Shown here piece by piece: positions 27,902-37,867 of a stretch of DNA of 64,000 nt. The DNA is from Myxococcales bacterium. GTDB taxonomy: Bacteria; Myxococcota_A; Polyangia; Polyangiales; Polyangiaceae. The position numbers were made by a program, and so were the translations under genes. The notes beneath the pieces were generated by a model that saw nothing but the letters and a program-made list of their open reading frames with translations, did no database searches and was not told the DNA's origin. Location of the stretch: the NCBI GenBank assembly GCA_043747615.1, contig JAYTOU010000060.1, positions 96,001 to 160,000 on the forward strand, read 5' to 3'. How positions within the stretch are numbered: position 1 is the first letter of the stretch; each line of letters starts with the position of its first letter.

Positions 27902-27976
27902 GGAATTCCTCTGACAAAGCTTTAAAAACGCTGTTCTGCGTCGGGGGAGCGCACACTATTCGCAAAGACCGGATTG

Positions 27977-29653
27977 TCAAGGCTCCCAGGCCCACGCCCG
28001 AGGCTCCCAGCCGAGCGGGGTAGGAGAAATACCACGGGTTCCGCGGCGGGCAACGGCCATCGTCAGGGGCGAAAATAAGAACGTGTAGGGCTCATCGCGG
28101 CGGAGGCGTGTGACGACCTCGTGCAGGAGCTCGGCGCGGCGGGCGGCGGGCTTCTCTTGCCTGAGCTCATCGAGCCAGCCGTCGACCTCGGGCGACGCGT
28201 AGGCCCCGTAGTTGAGCGAGCCGGCGACCTGCGTGGACTGGAAGAGGGGAAAGAGGTCTGGCTCGCTGTCGATGGTCCACTCGATCGCGGCGAGCTCGAA
28301 ATCGTGATTCTGAAGCTGACGAAGAAATTGAGCCCACTCGAGCGGGGTGAGCTCGAGGGTCACGCCGATGCGGCGAAGCTCGTCGGCCACGACCGACGCG
28401 GAGCGCTCGTGATCGTGGGAGCTCGACGGATAGATCAGGCGCAGGACGAACGGCGCGCCATCCAGCTCGCGGCGTCCATCAGCGTCGTGATCGATGATCC
28501 CGGCGGCGTCGAGCTCTTTGGCCGCGGCCTTCGGATCGAAGGTCGGCGTGCTGAGCCCGCTCAGCGCAGGATGCCCCGGCGGGAGCGGGCCGATCGCCAC
28601 GCCCACGCTGCAGCGCTCGATTTCGCACCGAAGAACGTCCCGGGGAATGGACAGCCCGATGGCCCTGCGCACGCGAGCGTCGCGAAGCTTGGGAGAGGCG
28701 ACGTTGTGAATCCATGCAGTGTAGTTGGCACCGGCCGCACGGATGACGGAGTAGCGTGCGCGCAGATCTTGATCGCGCTCCACCCGCTCGACCATGTCGC
28801 TCGTGGCGCGGGGGACGACGTCGAAGTCAGAGGCATCGACGGTCGCGAGGAGCGCGGCGTGACTCGGTGGAAATCGAAACGTGAGCGAAGCGAGGGGCGC
28901 AGGCGCTCCCCAGTACGCACCGGATCGCGCGAGCTCGATCTTCGAGCCGCGGGTCCACGATCCGAAACGCATGGGCCCCGTCCCTACGGGCGACGCGCCA
29001 TCCGGCGAGTGCGCGAGATCCCCCCGCGGTGAGCGGTGACGCGACAGAATGAGCAGGCGATCGAAGTCGAGCTCGGCCGCCGCGAGCGGTGCGCGCAGCT
29101 TGATCTCCACGTCGAAGGCGCCGGTCTTCGTCACGCGCGCGCCGGAAAAGAGCACGCGATCGGGCGCACCCACGTGGGGATCGAGCAGTCGCTCGAAGGT
29201 GAAGATCACGTCGTCGGCGGTGAAAGGAACGCCGTCGTGCCAGGTCACGCCGTGCCTCAAATGAAACGTCCAGCGGGTGTGCGTCTCGTCCACCTCCCAC
29301 TTCTCGGCGAGCTCCGGAACGAGGACTCCGCGGCGCGCATCGACCCGCACCAAGCTCTCCTGCACGAGATGCCCGACGACCATCCATGACAGCCAATCGG
29401 GACGCAAAAACGGCATCAAGCCGGGCGGCTCGGCGTCGAGAAGAACGGTCATCGCCTTCTCGCTGGGAGCGGTCGTGAGGAGAGCGGTGCTCGGATCGAA
29501 GCGGGCCGCGGCCGGCGCCGGAGGACACCCACACGCCGGTGGCTCCAACGCCGCGTCACCATCGGAAGGCGGTCGGGCATGACCGCGCGAGCATGCAGCA
29601 GCCAAGACTGCAGCACTGAAGAGGCCGGCCGCCGTGAAGAGCGAGCGCGTCAC
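27977..29653 (-). CDS. ABC-type family 5 (peptide/nickel) substrate-binding lipoprotein
   Basis: Lipobox AAAC. Motifs PELAEKWEV, WTFHLRHGVTWHDGVPFTADDVIFTF, PVGTGP, DARVRRAI. Confidence 0.9.
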   Translation of the reverse strand: MTRSLFTAAGLFSAAVLAAACSRGHARPPSDGDAALEPPACGCPPAPAAARFDPSTALLTTAPSEKAMTVLLDAEPPGLMPFLRPDWLSWMVVGHLVQESLVRVDARRGVLVPELAEKWEVDETHTRWTFHLRHGVTWHDGVPFTADDVIFTFERLLDPHVGAPDRVLFSGARVTKTGAFDVEIKLRAPLAAAELDFDRLLILSRHRSPRGDLAHSPDGASPVGTGPMRFGSWTRGSKIELARSGAYWGAPAPLASLTFRFPPSHAALLATVDASDFDVVPRATSDMVERVERDQDLRARYSVIRAAGANYTAWIHNVASPKLRDARVRRAIGLSIPRDVLRCEIERCSVGVAIGPLPPGHPALSGLSTPTFDPKAAAKELDAAGIIDHDADGRRELDGAPFVLRLIYPSSSHDHERSASVVADELRRIGVTLELTPLEWAQFLRQLQNHDFELAAIEWTIDSEPDLFPLFQSTQVAGSLNYGAYASPEVDGWLDELRQEKPAARRAELLHEVVTRLRRDEPYTFLFSPLTMAVARRGTRGISPTPLGWEPRAWAWEP

Positions 29654-30744
29654 GCGGGAACGAAGAGTCGGAAGACGGCCCCGGGAAGGTCACCTGTGAC
29701 GATGCTTATGTTGCCCCCGTGCGCTTCGGCAATTCCGCGCGCGATGGCCAGGCCCAGCCCCGCTCCGCCCGCCGTTCGACCGCGGCTCCCCTGGCGGTAG
29801 CGATCGAAAATCGTCGGCCGCTCGGACTCCGCGATCCCCGTTCCGGAATCGGCGACCTCGATGACCACTCCGAGCGCGTCGGAAGCGATGCGCAGGCGAA
29901 CCTTGCCACCTTTGGGCGTGAACTTGATGGCGTTGGCGAGGAGGTTGTCGATCGCTTGACGGAGCTTGGCCGGGTCTGCGCGCACCCACGTTTCGAGATC
30001 TCCCTCGGTGGTGAACGCCAGCCGCCGGCGCGCGGCGACCGGTGAAAATGAAGCGATCGAGGGCCGAATGAGCTCGCGCGCGGTGATCCGTTTCGGGTCC
30101 ACCGTGAAGAGCCCGGCCTCGAGACGGCTCGCTGCAAGCACGCCGTCCACCAGACGGGCCATGTCGGCGCAGAGGGTTCGAATGGTGTCCATTGCTACGC
30201 GGCGCTCGTCGGCGGTTTGCTCCTCGGCGTCGATCACCTCGGCGATGAGGGCGAGCGAGCTGATGGGATGACGAAGATCGTGCACGAGCATGGCGACGTG
30301 ATCGCGGCGCTGAGCTTCGAGCTGCCGTTTGAGCCGAAACGATTCGAGCGCAGCCCGCGTCCGTGCCCGGAGCTCACGCCCTTCGATCGGCTTTGTGAGG
30401 TAAGCGTCGGCCCCTTCACGAAGACCCGACTCGATAGCCTGCGGCTCGCGCCTCGCGGCCGTGAGCATGATCACCGAGGGGCCTCCCCCGCTGCGCGCGC
30501 GCAGCCTACGGAGCACCTCGAGGCCGTCCATCCCGGGCATCGACACGTCGAGCAGAACGAGCTCCGGCTCCTTCTCGTCGACTTTGCGCAGCGCTTCGGC
30601 GCCACTCGCCGCCGTCCGCACGCGGTGACCATCTTCGGCAAGGAGCGCTTCGTAGAGCGCCAGGGTGTCGACGAAATCGTCGACGATCAAAATTTCGCCG
30701 GCAACGTCGGCCTCGTTCACCGGATCGTGCATGGGCCCGCTCAC
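29650..30744 (-). CDS. Hybrid receiver-histidine kinase
   Basis: ILIVDD and LLDVSMPGMDG receiver motifs, HDLRHP H-box, NLLANAIKFT, DSGTGI and GLGLAI. Confidence 0.93.
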   Translation of the reverse strand: MSGPMHDPVNEADVAGEILIVDDFVDTLALYEALLAEDGHRVRTAASGAEALRKVDEKEPELVLLDVSMPGMDGLEVLRRLRARSGGGPSVIMLTAARREPQAIESGLREGADAYLTKPIEGRELRARTRAALESFRLKRQLEAQRRDHVAMLVHDLRHPISSLALIAEVIDAEEQTADERRVAMDTIRTLCADMARLVDGVLAASRLEAGLFTVDPKRITARELIRPSIASFSPVAARRRLAFTTEGDLETWVRADPAKLRQAIDNLLANAIKFTPKGGKVRLRIASDALGVVIEVADSGTGIAESERPTIFDRYRQGSRGRTAGGAGLGLAIARGIAEAHGGNISIVTGDLPGAVFRLFVPA

Positions 30745-32858
30745 GAAGCCGTCGTCGCCGGGAGGTCTAGACCCACCACCGGAGCGATCCTCGGCAAAAC
30801 AAGGGTAAACGTGGAGCCTTCTCCTTCGCGGGAGCGGACGTCGATCTCCCCGCCGAGCGCACGCGCCAGACGGCGAGAGAGCGCGAGGCCAATGCCCGTG
30901 CCGGGGTACCGACGACCGTCGCCAGCGTCGAGTTGCTTGAAGTCTCTGAACAGCTCCGGAAGCGCGCCAGCGGGAATGCCGAGGCCAGTGTCGCGGACGG
31001 CGACCTGAATGTCGTCGGCGCCGAAGTGGACGGTGACCACGACCTCCCCGCGCTCGGTGAATTTGATTGCGTTGGAGAGCAAGTTCAGGAGGATCTGCCG
31101 AACGCGCTGGGTATCGGTCATCGTCTCGAGGATGGCGTCGCCGACGTCTGCGGCGAGACGTAGATCCTTGTCACCGCGAAGGCTGTCTACTTCGGCGACG
31201 CACGCGCGCACGAGTTGCGGGAGGTTCACCTTGGTCAGGCGAATGTCCACCTTCCCGGCTTCGGCCTTCGCGAGATCGAGCACGTCGTTGATGAGGCTGA
31301 GGAGATGCTCGCCGTTTCGCTTGATGCGCTCGAGCGACTCCCGGGCGCGGGTGCTGAGCTCTTCCCGCGGAGAGGTGACCAGGAGATCCGCAAACCCGAT
31401 GATGGCGCTGAGCGGAGTTCTGAGCTCGTGGCTCATCGAGGTGAGAAACTCCGTCTTCACGCGATTTGCGCGGGTGAGCGTGGTGCCTTGCTCGGCGAGC
31501 ATCACGCTCTTTTCGCGCAGCCGATCGTGGGTCCAGGCGTTGTGGAGGGCGACCGCGTACTGGCGAGTGGCGTCGGTGATGAGCTCCACACGCTCCTCCT
31601 TGAGTGGATGAAGGCCGCTCAGCACGACGGTACCGGCGCCGTGGTCGCCGACGGCAATCGGTTGAGCGAGCACCCAGCGAAGCGTGCCCCTCCCGACTCC
31701 GAGATCGAGCGTCGGCGGCGACGCACCGAGAGCATCGCCGCTGAGGAGGAGAGGCTCGCGCGCCTCCATCACCGAGCGCGGCAACCCGTCTGCCGAAAAA
31801 ATTCCCTGAGAGACGATGGTCGCATCGATGGTCGACGCGTGCACCGGAACGAGCTGGTTTTCCGGGTCGAGGAGGTAGAGCACGCCCACGTGCGCCTCGG
31901 CGAGACGCACCAACTCACGCAGGCCCGAATCGGAGAGGATCGCGATGTCGAGGGTCTTTAGCTGGCGAACGAATACCGCATATCGCTGAGCATCGAGATC
32001 GCGCGCAGCAAGCGCGGCGTTCGCCTCGGTGAGCCGTTGCAAGGCTTGTTCGCGCTCGGAGAGCGTGGCGCGCAAGCTCGCGTCCTTGTCGTAGAGAACG
32101 CCGGCCATCGTGGCGAGGCTGCGTCCGACGGACCCGAGCTCGTCTTTCCGATCCGGAAGCGGCGGCAGGGCCTGGAGCTTTCCGGTGGCAGCGAGCGCGG
32201 CCTCGAGCTGGGCGGCGGCACCGGCGAGATCGCGGGCGATCCAGATCCCGCTGCCGAGGGCGATGAAGATCGACGCGAGGAGAATGGCGGTGGTCTCGCT
32301 CCGCGAGCGGACGGCGGAGCGAAATGCGGCCTGGTTGCGCGCTTCAGCGGCGTGCAGAGCCTCTGAGCGTAATTCAGTGCATATTACACGCATCGCGTCG
32401 GTCTCTGATTTTCCTCGCCCGGCGAGCTCGGCGTCGATCGCGCCTTTTTCGCGGGCGCGAATCTGCGGCTCGACGACGTTGCTCAGCCAGTCGCGCACCA
32501 GGCGACTGAAGGACGAGACGCGCTCGTCCTCCATTCCGTTCTCTGCGGTGGTTTGGGCCTCGAGGAGCACGCCTTCGAGATCGCGACGGGCCTGTTCGTA
32601 GGGCGTGAGGAAGGAACGGTCTCCCGTGAGAAGATAGCCACGCTTGCCGGTCTCGAGGTCGGCCATCAAACGAAGGAGCACCTCGGCATCGTCGGCGAGC
32701 TTCAAATCATGGCGCACCAAGCGCTCGAACTGATTCTCCAGCTCTTCGTGAGCGACCGTCGCGCGGTAGAGACCCCACCCGAGGACGCCCACCACGACGA
32801 GGGAGCTCAGAAGGATTCGCCAGAAAAGTGCGCTCGCCAGCAGTCGCAAGACATTCAC
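30741..32858 (-). CDS. Sensor histidine kinase (CHASE3, HAMP-like, GAF, HisKA, HATPase)
   Basis: DLETGKRGYLLTGDRSFLTPY (CHASE3), DELG, SHELRTPL, NLLSNAIKFT and GTGIGLA motifs. Confidence 0.93.
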   Translation of the reverse strand: MNVLRLLASALFWRILLSSLVVVGVLGWGLYRATVAHEELENQFERLVRHDLKLADDAEVLLRLMADLETGKRGYLLTGDRSFLTPYEQARRDLEGVLLEAQTTAENGMEDERVSSFSRLVRDWLSNVVEPQIRAREKGAIDAELAGRGKSETDAMRVICTELRSEALHAAEARNQAAFRSAVRSRSETTAILLASIFIALGSGIWIARDLAGAAAQLEAALAATGKLQALPPLPDRKDELGSVGRSLATMAGVLYDKDASLRATLSEREQALQRLTEANAALAARDLDAQRYAVFVRQLKTLDIAILSDSGLRELVRLAEAHVGVLYLLDPENQLVPVHASTIDATIVSQGIFSADGLPRSVMEAREPLLLSGDALGASPPTLDLGVGRGTLRWVLAQPIAVGDHGAGTVVLSGLHPLKEERVELITDATRQYAVALHNAWTHDRLREKSVMLAEQGTTLTRANRVKTEFLTSMSHELRTPLSAIIGFADLLVTSPREELSTRARESLERIKRNGEHLLSLINDVLDLAKAEAGKVDIRLTKVNLPQLVRACVAEVDSLRGDKDLRLAADVGDAILETMTDTQRVRQILLNLLSNAIKFTERGEVVVTVHFGADDIQVAVRDTGLGIPAGALPELFRDFKQLDAGDGRRYPGTGIGLALSRRLARALGGEIDVRSREGEGSTFTLVLPRIAPVVGLDLPATTAS

Positions 32859-32859
32859 C

Positions 32860-34029
32860 TTAGCGCAAAGGGCGCCCGACCCATGCCCCCGCGCAGGCCA
32901 GGGCCCACGCGATCGGTGAAAAGGCGAGTGCGAACACCAAAGCCACCGGTGCGGTGAAGCCTAAAAGAACGAGGACAGCGACGATGGCGACGCCGCTCGC
33001 CGCCGCTGGCTCGAGGAGACTCGGGAGGTTCGAAGCGCGCGCCACGAGAAAACCGCTCACCGGAAATGCGGCGAGGAGGCCGGCGCCGAGGATGGTGAGA
33101 GGAGCAATCGTGGAGACGTCGTGCTCGTCGACCGTAGAGAAATCGACGTGAGCCCAGGCGCCGAAGGCGATGGACCCGCCGAGGCCGAGCACCATGGATC
33201 CCAGGGTGATGAGCGCGCCGAAGGCGATCCAGCGGAGCATGATGGGCTGATCCGCTTTTCGGAGAGCATTGCGCACCGTACGCAGGCTGGGCGGATGCGA
33301 CAGCTGATCGAACGACATCCGGGAGAGGCGGTTGTCGGGCTCACGCGACGTGCGCTCCCCCCGGAGCCGGAGATCGCGCGCCGCGAACAGGATCACCACG
33401 CCCATAGCGAAGAGGAGCGGCAGGACGGCGAGAAGCGCTCCCGCGCCACGGCCATACACGAAATGCGTGTAGAGTGCATGGGCTAGCGTCGCCGCGAGCC
33501 AGGTCAGCGGAAAGATCGGGCCGGGGGTCTTTTTCTGCTTCGCGCGTCCGAGGGCGTATCCCCACGCGCAAGCAAAGAAGAGGTGCGCCGGAAAGGCAAT
33601 GGCGGCTCGGGCCAACCAGATGAGGCCGGCGGGGTGCGCGCGGAGCATCACAGCGTTCTCGAGAGCCGCAAATCCGAGCGCCGCTGCACCCGCGTACACG
33701 ATGCCGTCGTAGGGTTCGTCGAAGTGACGTGAGCGAAACGCCGTCCAGCACGCGGCCACCTTCGCCGCCTCGCGCATCGGCGCGATGAGAGCAAAGAGGA
33801 AGAGGAGCGATCCCGCCTGGCCGGAAACGGACGCGCGCATGTCCAGGCCCGTCCATTGCGCGGCGAGACTTTCGACGTAGAACGCAAACCCGCCGAAGAG
33901 CGCGCCCAGCGCGAAGGTCAGCGAGACGAGCCAGATCGGCTCACGTCGGTGGTCGCTCCGGTAGACGCCGACCGCGAGCAGGATCGCGGGGATGATGGCC
34001 GGGACGAACCAGTGCAGAAAACCGAACAT
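32860..34029 (-). CDS. PrsW-family intramembrane protease-like protein
   Basis: SDHRREP, APMREAAK, DEPYDGIVY.G..ALGFAALEN and PAHLFF motifs, with multiple TM helices. Confidence 0.85.
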   Translation of the reverse strand: MFGFLHWFVPAIIPAILLAVGVYRSDHRREPIWLVSLTFALGALFGGFAFYVESLAAQWTGLDMRASVSGQAGSLLFLFALIAPMREAAKVAACWTAFRSRHFDEPYDGIVYAGAAALGFAALENAVMLRAHPAGLIWLARAAIAFPAHLFFACAWGYALGRAKQKKTPGPIFPLTWLAATLAHALYTHFVYGRGAGALLAVLPLLFAMGVVILFAARDLRLRGERTSREPDNRLSRMSFDQLSHPPSLRTVRNALRKADQPIMLRWIAFGALITLGSMVLGLGGSIAFGAWAHVDFSTVDEHDVSTIAPLTILGAGLLAAFPVSGFLVARASNLPSLLEPAAASGVAIVAVLVLLGFTAPVALVFALAFSPIAWALACAGAWVGRPLR

Positions 34030-34778
34030 CAGAAGTGGAGTCCGGCGTGGACTCCGAGCTGCGCGCCGAGCCCGACGCTGCTCGCGCTCGAACCGTACAA
34101 TTCTCCCGGCGCTCGCGACGAGATGGCAGGGCGCGACAGGAAATAAACCGAACCGCCGAAATCGAAGCCGAGAGAGAAATTCGACGTCCAGTAGTAATCA
34201 GCGCCCGCTTGAAGGCCGAGGTCGAGGCCGTGCACGCTCAGGTCGGTCGCGGAAACGGCGGACGTCGCGGCGCTCATGATCACCGAATCACCGCTGATTT
34301 TACCGGAAAAAGCGTACCCACCGTGGAGCCCGAAGTAGCCGTCGAGTTTTCCGTAAGGAATGTGGGACGCCGCTTCGAGATCGACTTGCCACAGCGTGAG
34401 ACCGGGTAGCGTGGTCATTCGCGCGCGAGGTCCGACGGTGATCGTGACGAAGCGCACGCCGAGCCCGACGTCTGCCGTGACTCCCGCGCCGCTAACCTTC
34501 TCGAGCCCGAGCGCGGTGCTGCGAGGAGATGCACTCAGGCCGAGGTAGCTCCCGCCAATGCCCGCGCTCGCGTAGAAAAATTCGAGACCGCGTCCGCTGT
34601 CTTCACGCTCCGCTGCATTTAGTTGCTCCGTGGTGGCGCTCCCGTTCGCCTGCGGCATCTGCTGCTGCGGGTACTGGGACTGCTGGGGGGGCGCCATCGG
34701 CGGCGGAGCCTGCAAATCCTGGGCAATCGCGCCACGCGTGAGCAGGAGAACGACGAGCATCGGAGCTATCTTGCGCAC
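34029..34778 (-). CDS. Putative outer-membrane beta-barrel protein
   Basis: Signal peptide (AIA|Q), alternating beta strands and a C-terminal Phe (GVHAGLHF). Confidence 0.7.
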   Translation of the reverse strand: MRKIAPMLVVLLLTRGAIAQDLQAPPPMAPPQQSQYPQQQMPQANGSATTEQLNAAEREDSGRGLEFFYASAGIGGSYLGLSASPRSTALGLEKVSGAGVTADVGLGVRFVTITVGPRARMTTLPGLTLWQVDLEAASHIPYGKLDGYFGLHGGYAFSGKISGDSVIMSAATSAVSATDLSVHGLDLGLQAGADYYWTSNFSLGFDFGGSVYFLSRPAISSRAPGELYGSSASSVGLGAQLGVHAGLHF

Positions 34779-34961
34779 TCACTTCTCCTCATCGGACGGC
34801 GGGTCGGGATGCGACTCGTCGAGCCCGGACTGGTCTTCCGATGGAACACGATAATCCTCGTTCAACCATTTTCCGAGATCGACCAGCCTGCACCGCTCGG
34901 AGCAGAATGGCTTCGACTCTGCCCCTGCCGGCAATTTTTTTTTGCAGATGGGGCAGAGCAC
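34779..34961 (-). CDS. yacG: DNA gyrase inhibitor YacG
   Basis: CPIC...[23 protein letters not shown] motif. Confidence 0.93.
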   Translation of the reverse strand: MLCPICKKKLPAGAESKPFCSERCRLVDLGKWLNEDYRVPSEDQSGLDESHPDPPSDEEK

Positions 34962-34962
34962 G

Positions 34963-37257
34963 TCACACCGCCGCGGGTTGCTCCGCCGGGGGTTCGAGAG
35001 GCAGCGGCTCCGGTTGGACTTCGGGCGCCACGCTCTCGTCGACCGCGCAGCTCTTCTCGAGGAGCTCGGCGACGTCCATCTGCGCGATCTTGTCCTCGAC
35101 GTTCTGGCTCTTCAGTCCGTCGCTGAGCATCGTCATGCAGAAGGGACACGCGCTTGCGATCGTCGATGCTTGGGTGTCGATGAGCTGGAGGGTGCGCTTC
35201 ACGTTCACGCGGTTGGTGTTCTGCTCCTCCATGAACATCTGCGCGCCGCCGGCACCGCAGCACAGACCACGCTGCTTGCTCCAGTACTCCGGCTCCACCA
35301 GCTCGACGCCGGGGATTTGCCGTAAAATCTCGCGCGGAGACTCGTAGATCCCGTTGTAGCGACCGAGGTAACAACTGTCGTGGTAGACGACTTTTCCTTC
35401 GACCGGCTTCTTCGGCTCGAGCTTCTTTTCCGCGAGAAGCCCGAGCAAGAAATCCGTGTGGTGGATGACTTCGAGCTTCGCGCCGACGTCGGGGTACTCG
35501 TTCTTCAACGTGTTGAAGCAGTGCGGGCAGGTGGTGACCACCTGACGAATGCCGCCCTGATCTTTGTAACCGTTGAGGGTCGCCGCGTTTCCCTCGGCGA
35601 GTTGCATGAAGAGAAGCTCGTTGCCTGCTCTGCGCGCGGGATCCCCCGTGCAGTTCTCTTCTTGGGCCAGGATCGCAAAATCAACTCCCGCTGCCTTCAG
35701 GAGCTTTGCCGTTGCCCGCGCGATCTTCTTCGCCCGCGGATCGTAGCTTGCGGAGCAACCTACCCAGAACAGAACGGGGGTGGTCGGCTTCTCTGCCATC
35801 GTGGGAATGCCGAGGCCGTCGGCCCACTCCGCGCGATCGAGGCGCGAGAGGTTCCACGGATTGCCGTTCGTCTCCATTCCCTGAAAAGGTTTGTTGAGCT
35901 GGGCCGGAAACTCGCCCTTCACGAGGACCAGGTTGCGCCGCATGTCGACGATCTTGTCGACGTAGGAAATCATCACCGGGCACTGCTCTTCGCAGGCGCG
36001 GCAGGTGGTGCAAGCCCAGAGAACGTCGGGATGAATGACGTTGGCGACGATGTCGATCGGCTTGTAAACAGGCCCTGCCGGAGCCTTGGGCGCTGCGGCC
36101 TCGGGCGTGCCCTCGACCGACTTTTCCGGAGCAGCTTGTGCTTTGCCGTGATCGATTTTGACGAACTCTTCTTCACGCGCATAGAGGTGATTGCGAAGGT
36201 CGAGGAGCAGGTGCTTGGGAGAAAGAATCTTCCCCGTGCGGTGCGCCGGGCAGTTGTCCGAGCAGCGCCCGCACTCCGTGCAGGTGTAGAAATCGAGAAT
36301 CGCTTTCCAAGAGAAGTGCTCGATGCGACCGACGCCGATCGGGTAGGCCACGGGATCTGCCGACTCGGCCGCGGGCGTGAACACTTCTTCGATGAACTTC
36401 TCTGCGCTCGGCGCCATCGGCTTGAGGCGGCCCGCCGGAGTGAGGTCGCGCAAAAAGACGTTGGGGATGGCGGTGATGATGTGGAAGTGCTTCGAGTGCG
36501 GAAGCAGATTCAAAAAGAGAAGGACGAGCGACACATGCGTCCAGAAGCCCGCGTGGGCCAGGAAAATAAGGCCTCCGGGGTTGAGGTTGCGGATCATCGA
36601 GGCCCACAGCGAGCCTGCCGGCGCCGGAAAAAAAGACCACTGCGACGAGTGGGCGACGGCTCCGAGCGGCGCAATGATGTTGTCGATCGACGCGCACTGC
36701 GCTCCCGTTGCCAATGGATCGAGCGCCCCGCAGAACTCGCTGTGGCGAGCCGCGAGCGCGAGGGATGCGCCGTCGTAGATCATGTCGGCGATCATCATGG
36801 TGCCGATGATCCCGAGGATGAGGAGCCCTTCCCAGTGAAGCGTCATCCGCTTCTGCGGCTTGATGACCCGGAAGTAGACGAAGACGCTCACGCCCACGAT
36901 GGCCAGCGTGGCCACGATGTCTTTCGCAAACTCGTAGAGCTTGCCCGCGATCGTCGTCGGGCCGAGGATCCACAGGTTGAACGACGAATCGAAGCCGCGG
37001 CCCACGAGCACGATCGTCCGTAAAAGAAGGACGGCGAAGGCGATGAAGATCAGCTTATGGGCGATGCCCGCCGGCTGGTAGTAGTCCATCTTCTGCTGGA
37101 CGAACGCGTAGCGCCACACGGCGGCGACGCGATCATTGATGCGGTCCAGGCGGTTCTCGGGGCGCCCTACTTTGAGCAGCTGCCAGCGCCGGCTCGCCGA
37201 CCAGGCAAAGGCCGACAGTGCGGCAACGAGGATGGAGAGCATGGCCGTCGGACTCAT
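34963..37257 (-). CDS. Membrane-bound Fe-S oxidoreductase (FadF/HdrD-like, CCG domains)
   Basis: TM region, [39 protein letters not shown] and CCGAGG motifs. Start inferred at MSPTAML. Confidence 0.92.
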   Translation of the reverse strand: MSPTAMLSILVAALSAFAWSASRRWQLLKVGRPENRLDRINDRVAAVWRYAFVQQKMDYYQPAGIAHKLIFIAFAVLLLRTIVLVGRGFDSSFNLWILGPTTIAGKLYEFAKDIVATLAIVGVSVFVYFRVIKPQKRMTLHWEGLLILGIIGTMMIADMIYDGASLALAARHSEFCGALDPLATGAQCASIDNIIAPLGAVAHSSQWSFFPAPAGSLWASMIRNLNPGGLIFLAHAGFWTHVSLVLLFLNLLPHSKHFHIITAIPNVFLRDLTPAGRLKPMAPSAEKFIEEVFTPAAESADPVAYPIGVGRIEHFSWKAILDFYTCTECGRCSDNCPAHRTGKILSPKHLLLDLRNHLYAREEEFVKIDHGKAQAAPEKSVEGTPEAAAPKAPAGPVYKPIDIVANVIHPDVLWACTTCRACEEQCPVMISYVDKIVDMRRNLVLVKGEFPAQLNKPFQGMETNGNPWNLSRLDRAEWADGLGIPTMAEKPTTPVLFWVGCSASYDPRAKKIARATAKLLKAAGVDFAILAQEENCTGDPARRAGNELLFMQLAEGNAATLNGYKDQGGIRQVVTTCPHCFNTLKNEYPDVGAKLEVIHHTDFLLGLLAEKKLEPKKPVEGKVVYHDSCYLGRYNGIYESPREILRQIPGVELVEPEYWSKQRGLCCGAGGAQMFMEEQNTNRVNVKRTLQLIDTQASTIASACPFCMTMLSDGLKSQNVEDKIAQMDVAELLEKSCAVDESVAPEVQPEPLPLEPPAEQPAAV

Positions 37258-37282
37258 GGGCACGTGTATAGGGTTCGGGTAG

Positions 37283-37867
37283 CTAAAGGTCGAAGGTAAA
37301 TGCCTTCTTGTCGTCGGCTGAGGTGAGCGGCACGTCGGCTCCGAACGAGCGGTTGCCGACCCGCGCACCGAGACGGACCTTCACCGGGCTCGGTGCCGCG
37401 TGCAGATCGGCGAGTTTCACCTCGACCAGGTAACGCCCGCGGGGCGGATCAGTGCCCTCGAAGAAAACGTTCTCGATGTTTTGTCCGTTGCAGCCCTCTG
37501 TCGGGCAGTCGTGATCGAGACGTAGTCCGGAGGCGGTCGAGCGATTGGCCTCGAAGCACCGGGCACCGCTGGGATCGGTAACGATGAGATCGATGTCGGC
37601 CGGGCTGTCGCCCCAGGCGATGGTGAACTGAAGAACGCCGGTTCCGACGCCGCAGCCTTCGTCGATGACGCCGTTGCAGTTGTCGTCGACTGCGTTGAAG
37701 CAGAGCTCTGGGCCCGTGGGCGTGCAGGCCATGACCAGCGCCACGCCCGGCGAAGCCGTGATGTGGGTCGGCGTCAGGTTGGACCCGGGCGCTTTCGCCG
37801 CCTCCGCGCTCGGCCCGCACGCAGCAGCGAGACCGAGCAGCGGCAGGAGAACCTCAGTGAGGCGCAA
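37283..37867 (-). CDS. Lipoprotein with a myxobacterial metal-binding repeat and a YfaP/DUF2135-like domain
   Basis: Lipobox AAAC, ELCFNAVDDNCNGVIDEGC repeat, and W...ADIDLIVTDPSG...ENVFF motif. Confidence 0.75.
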   Translation of the reverse strand: MRLTEVLLPLLGLAAACGPSAEAAKAPGSNLTPTHITASPGVALVMACTPTGPELCFNAVDDNCNGVIDEGCGVGTGVLQFTIAWGDSPADIDLIVTDPSGARCFEANRSTASGLRLDHDCPTEGCNGQNIENVFFEGTDPPRGRYLVEVKLADLHAAPSPVKVRLGARVGNRSFGADVPLTSADDKKAFTFDL

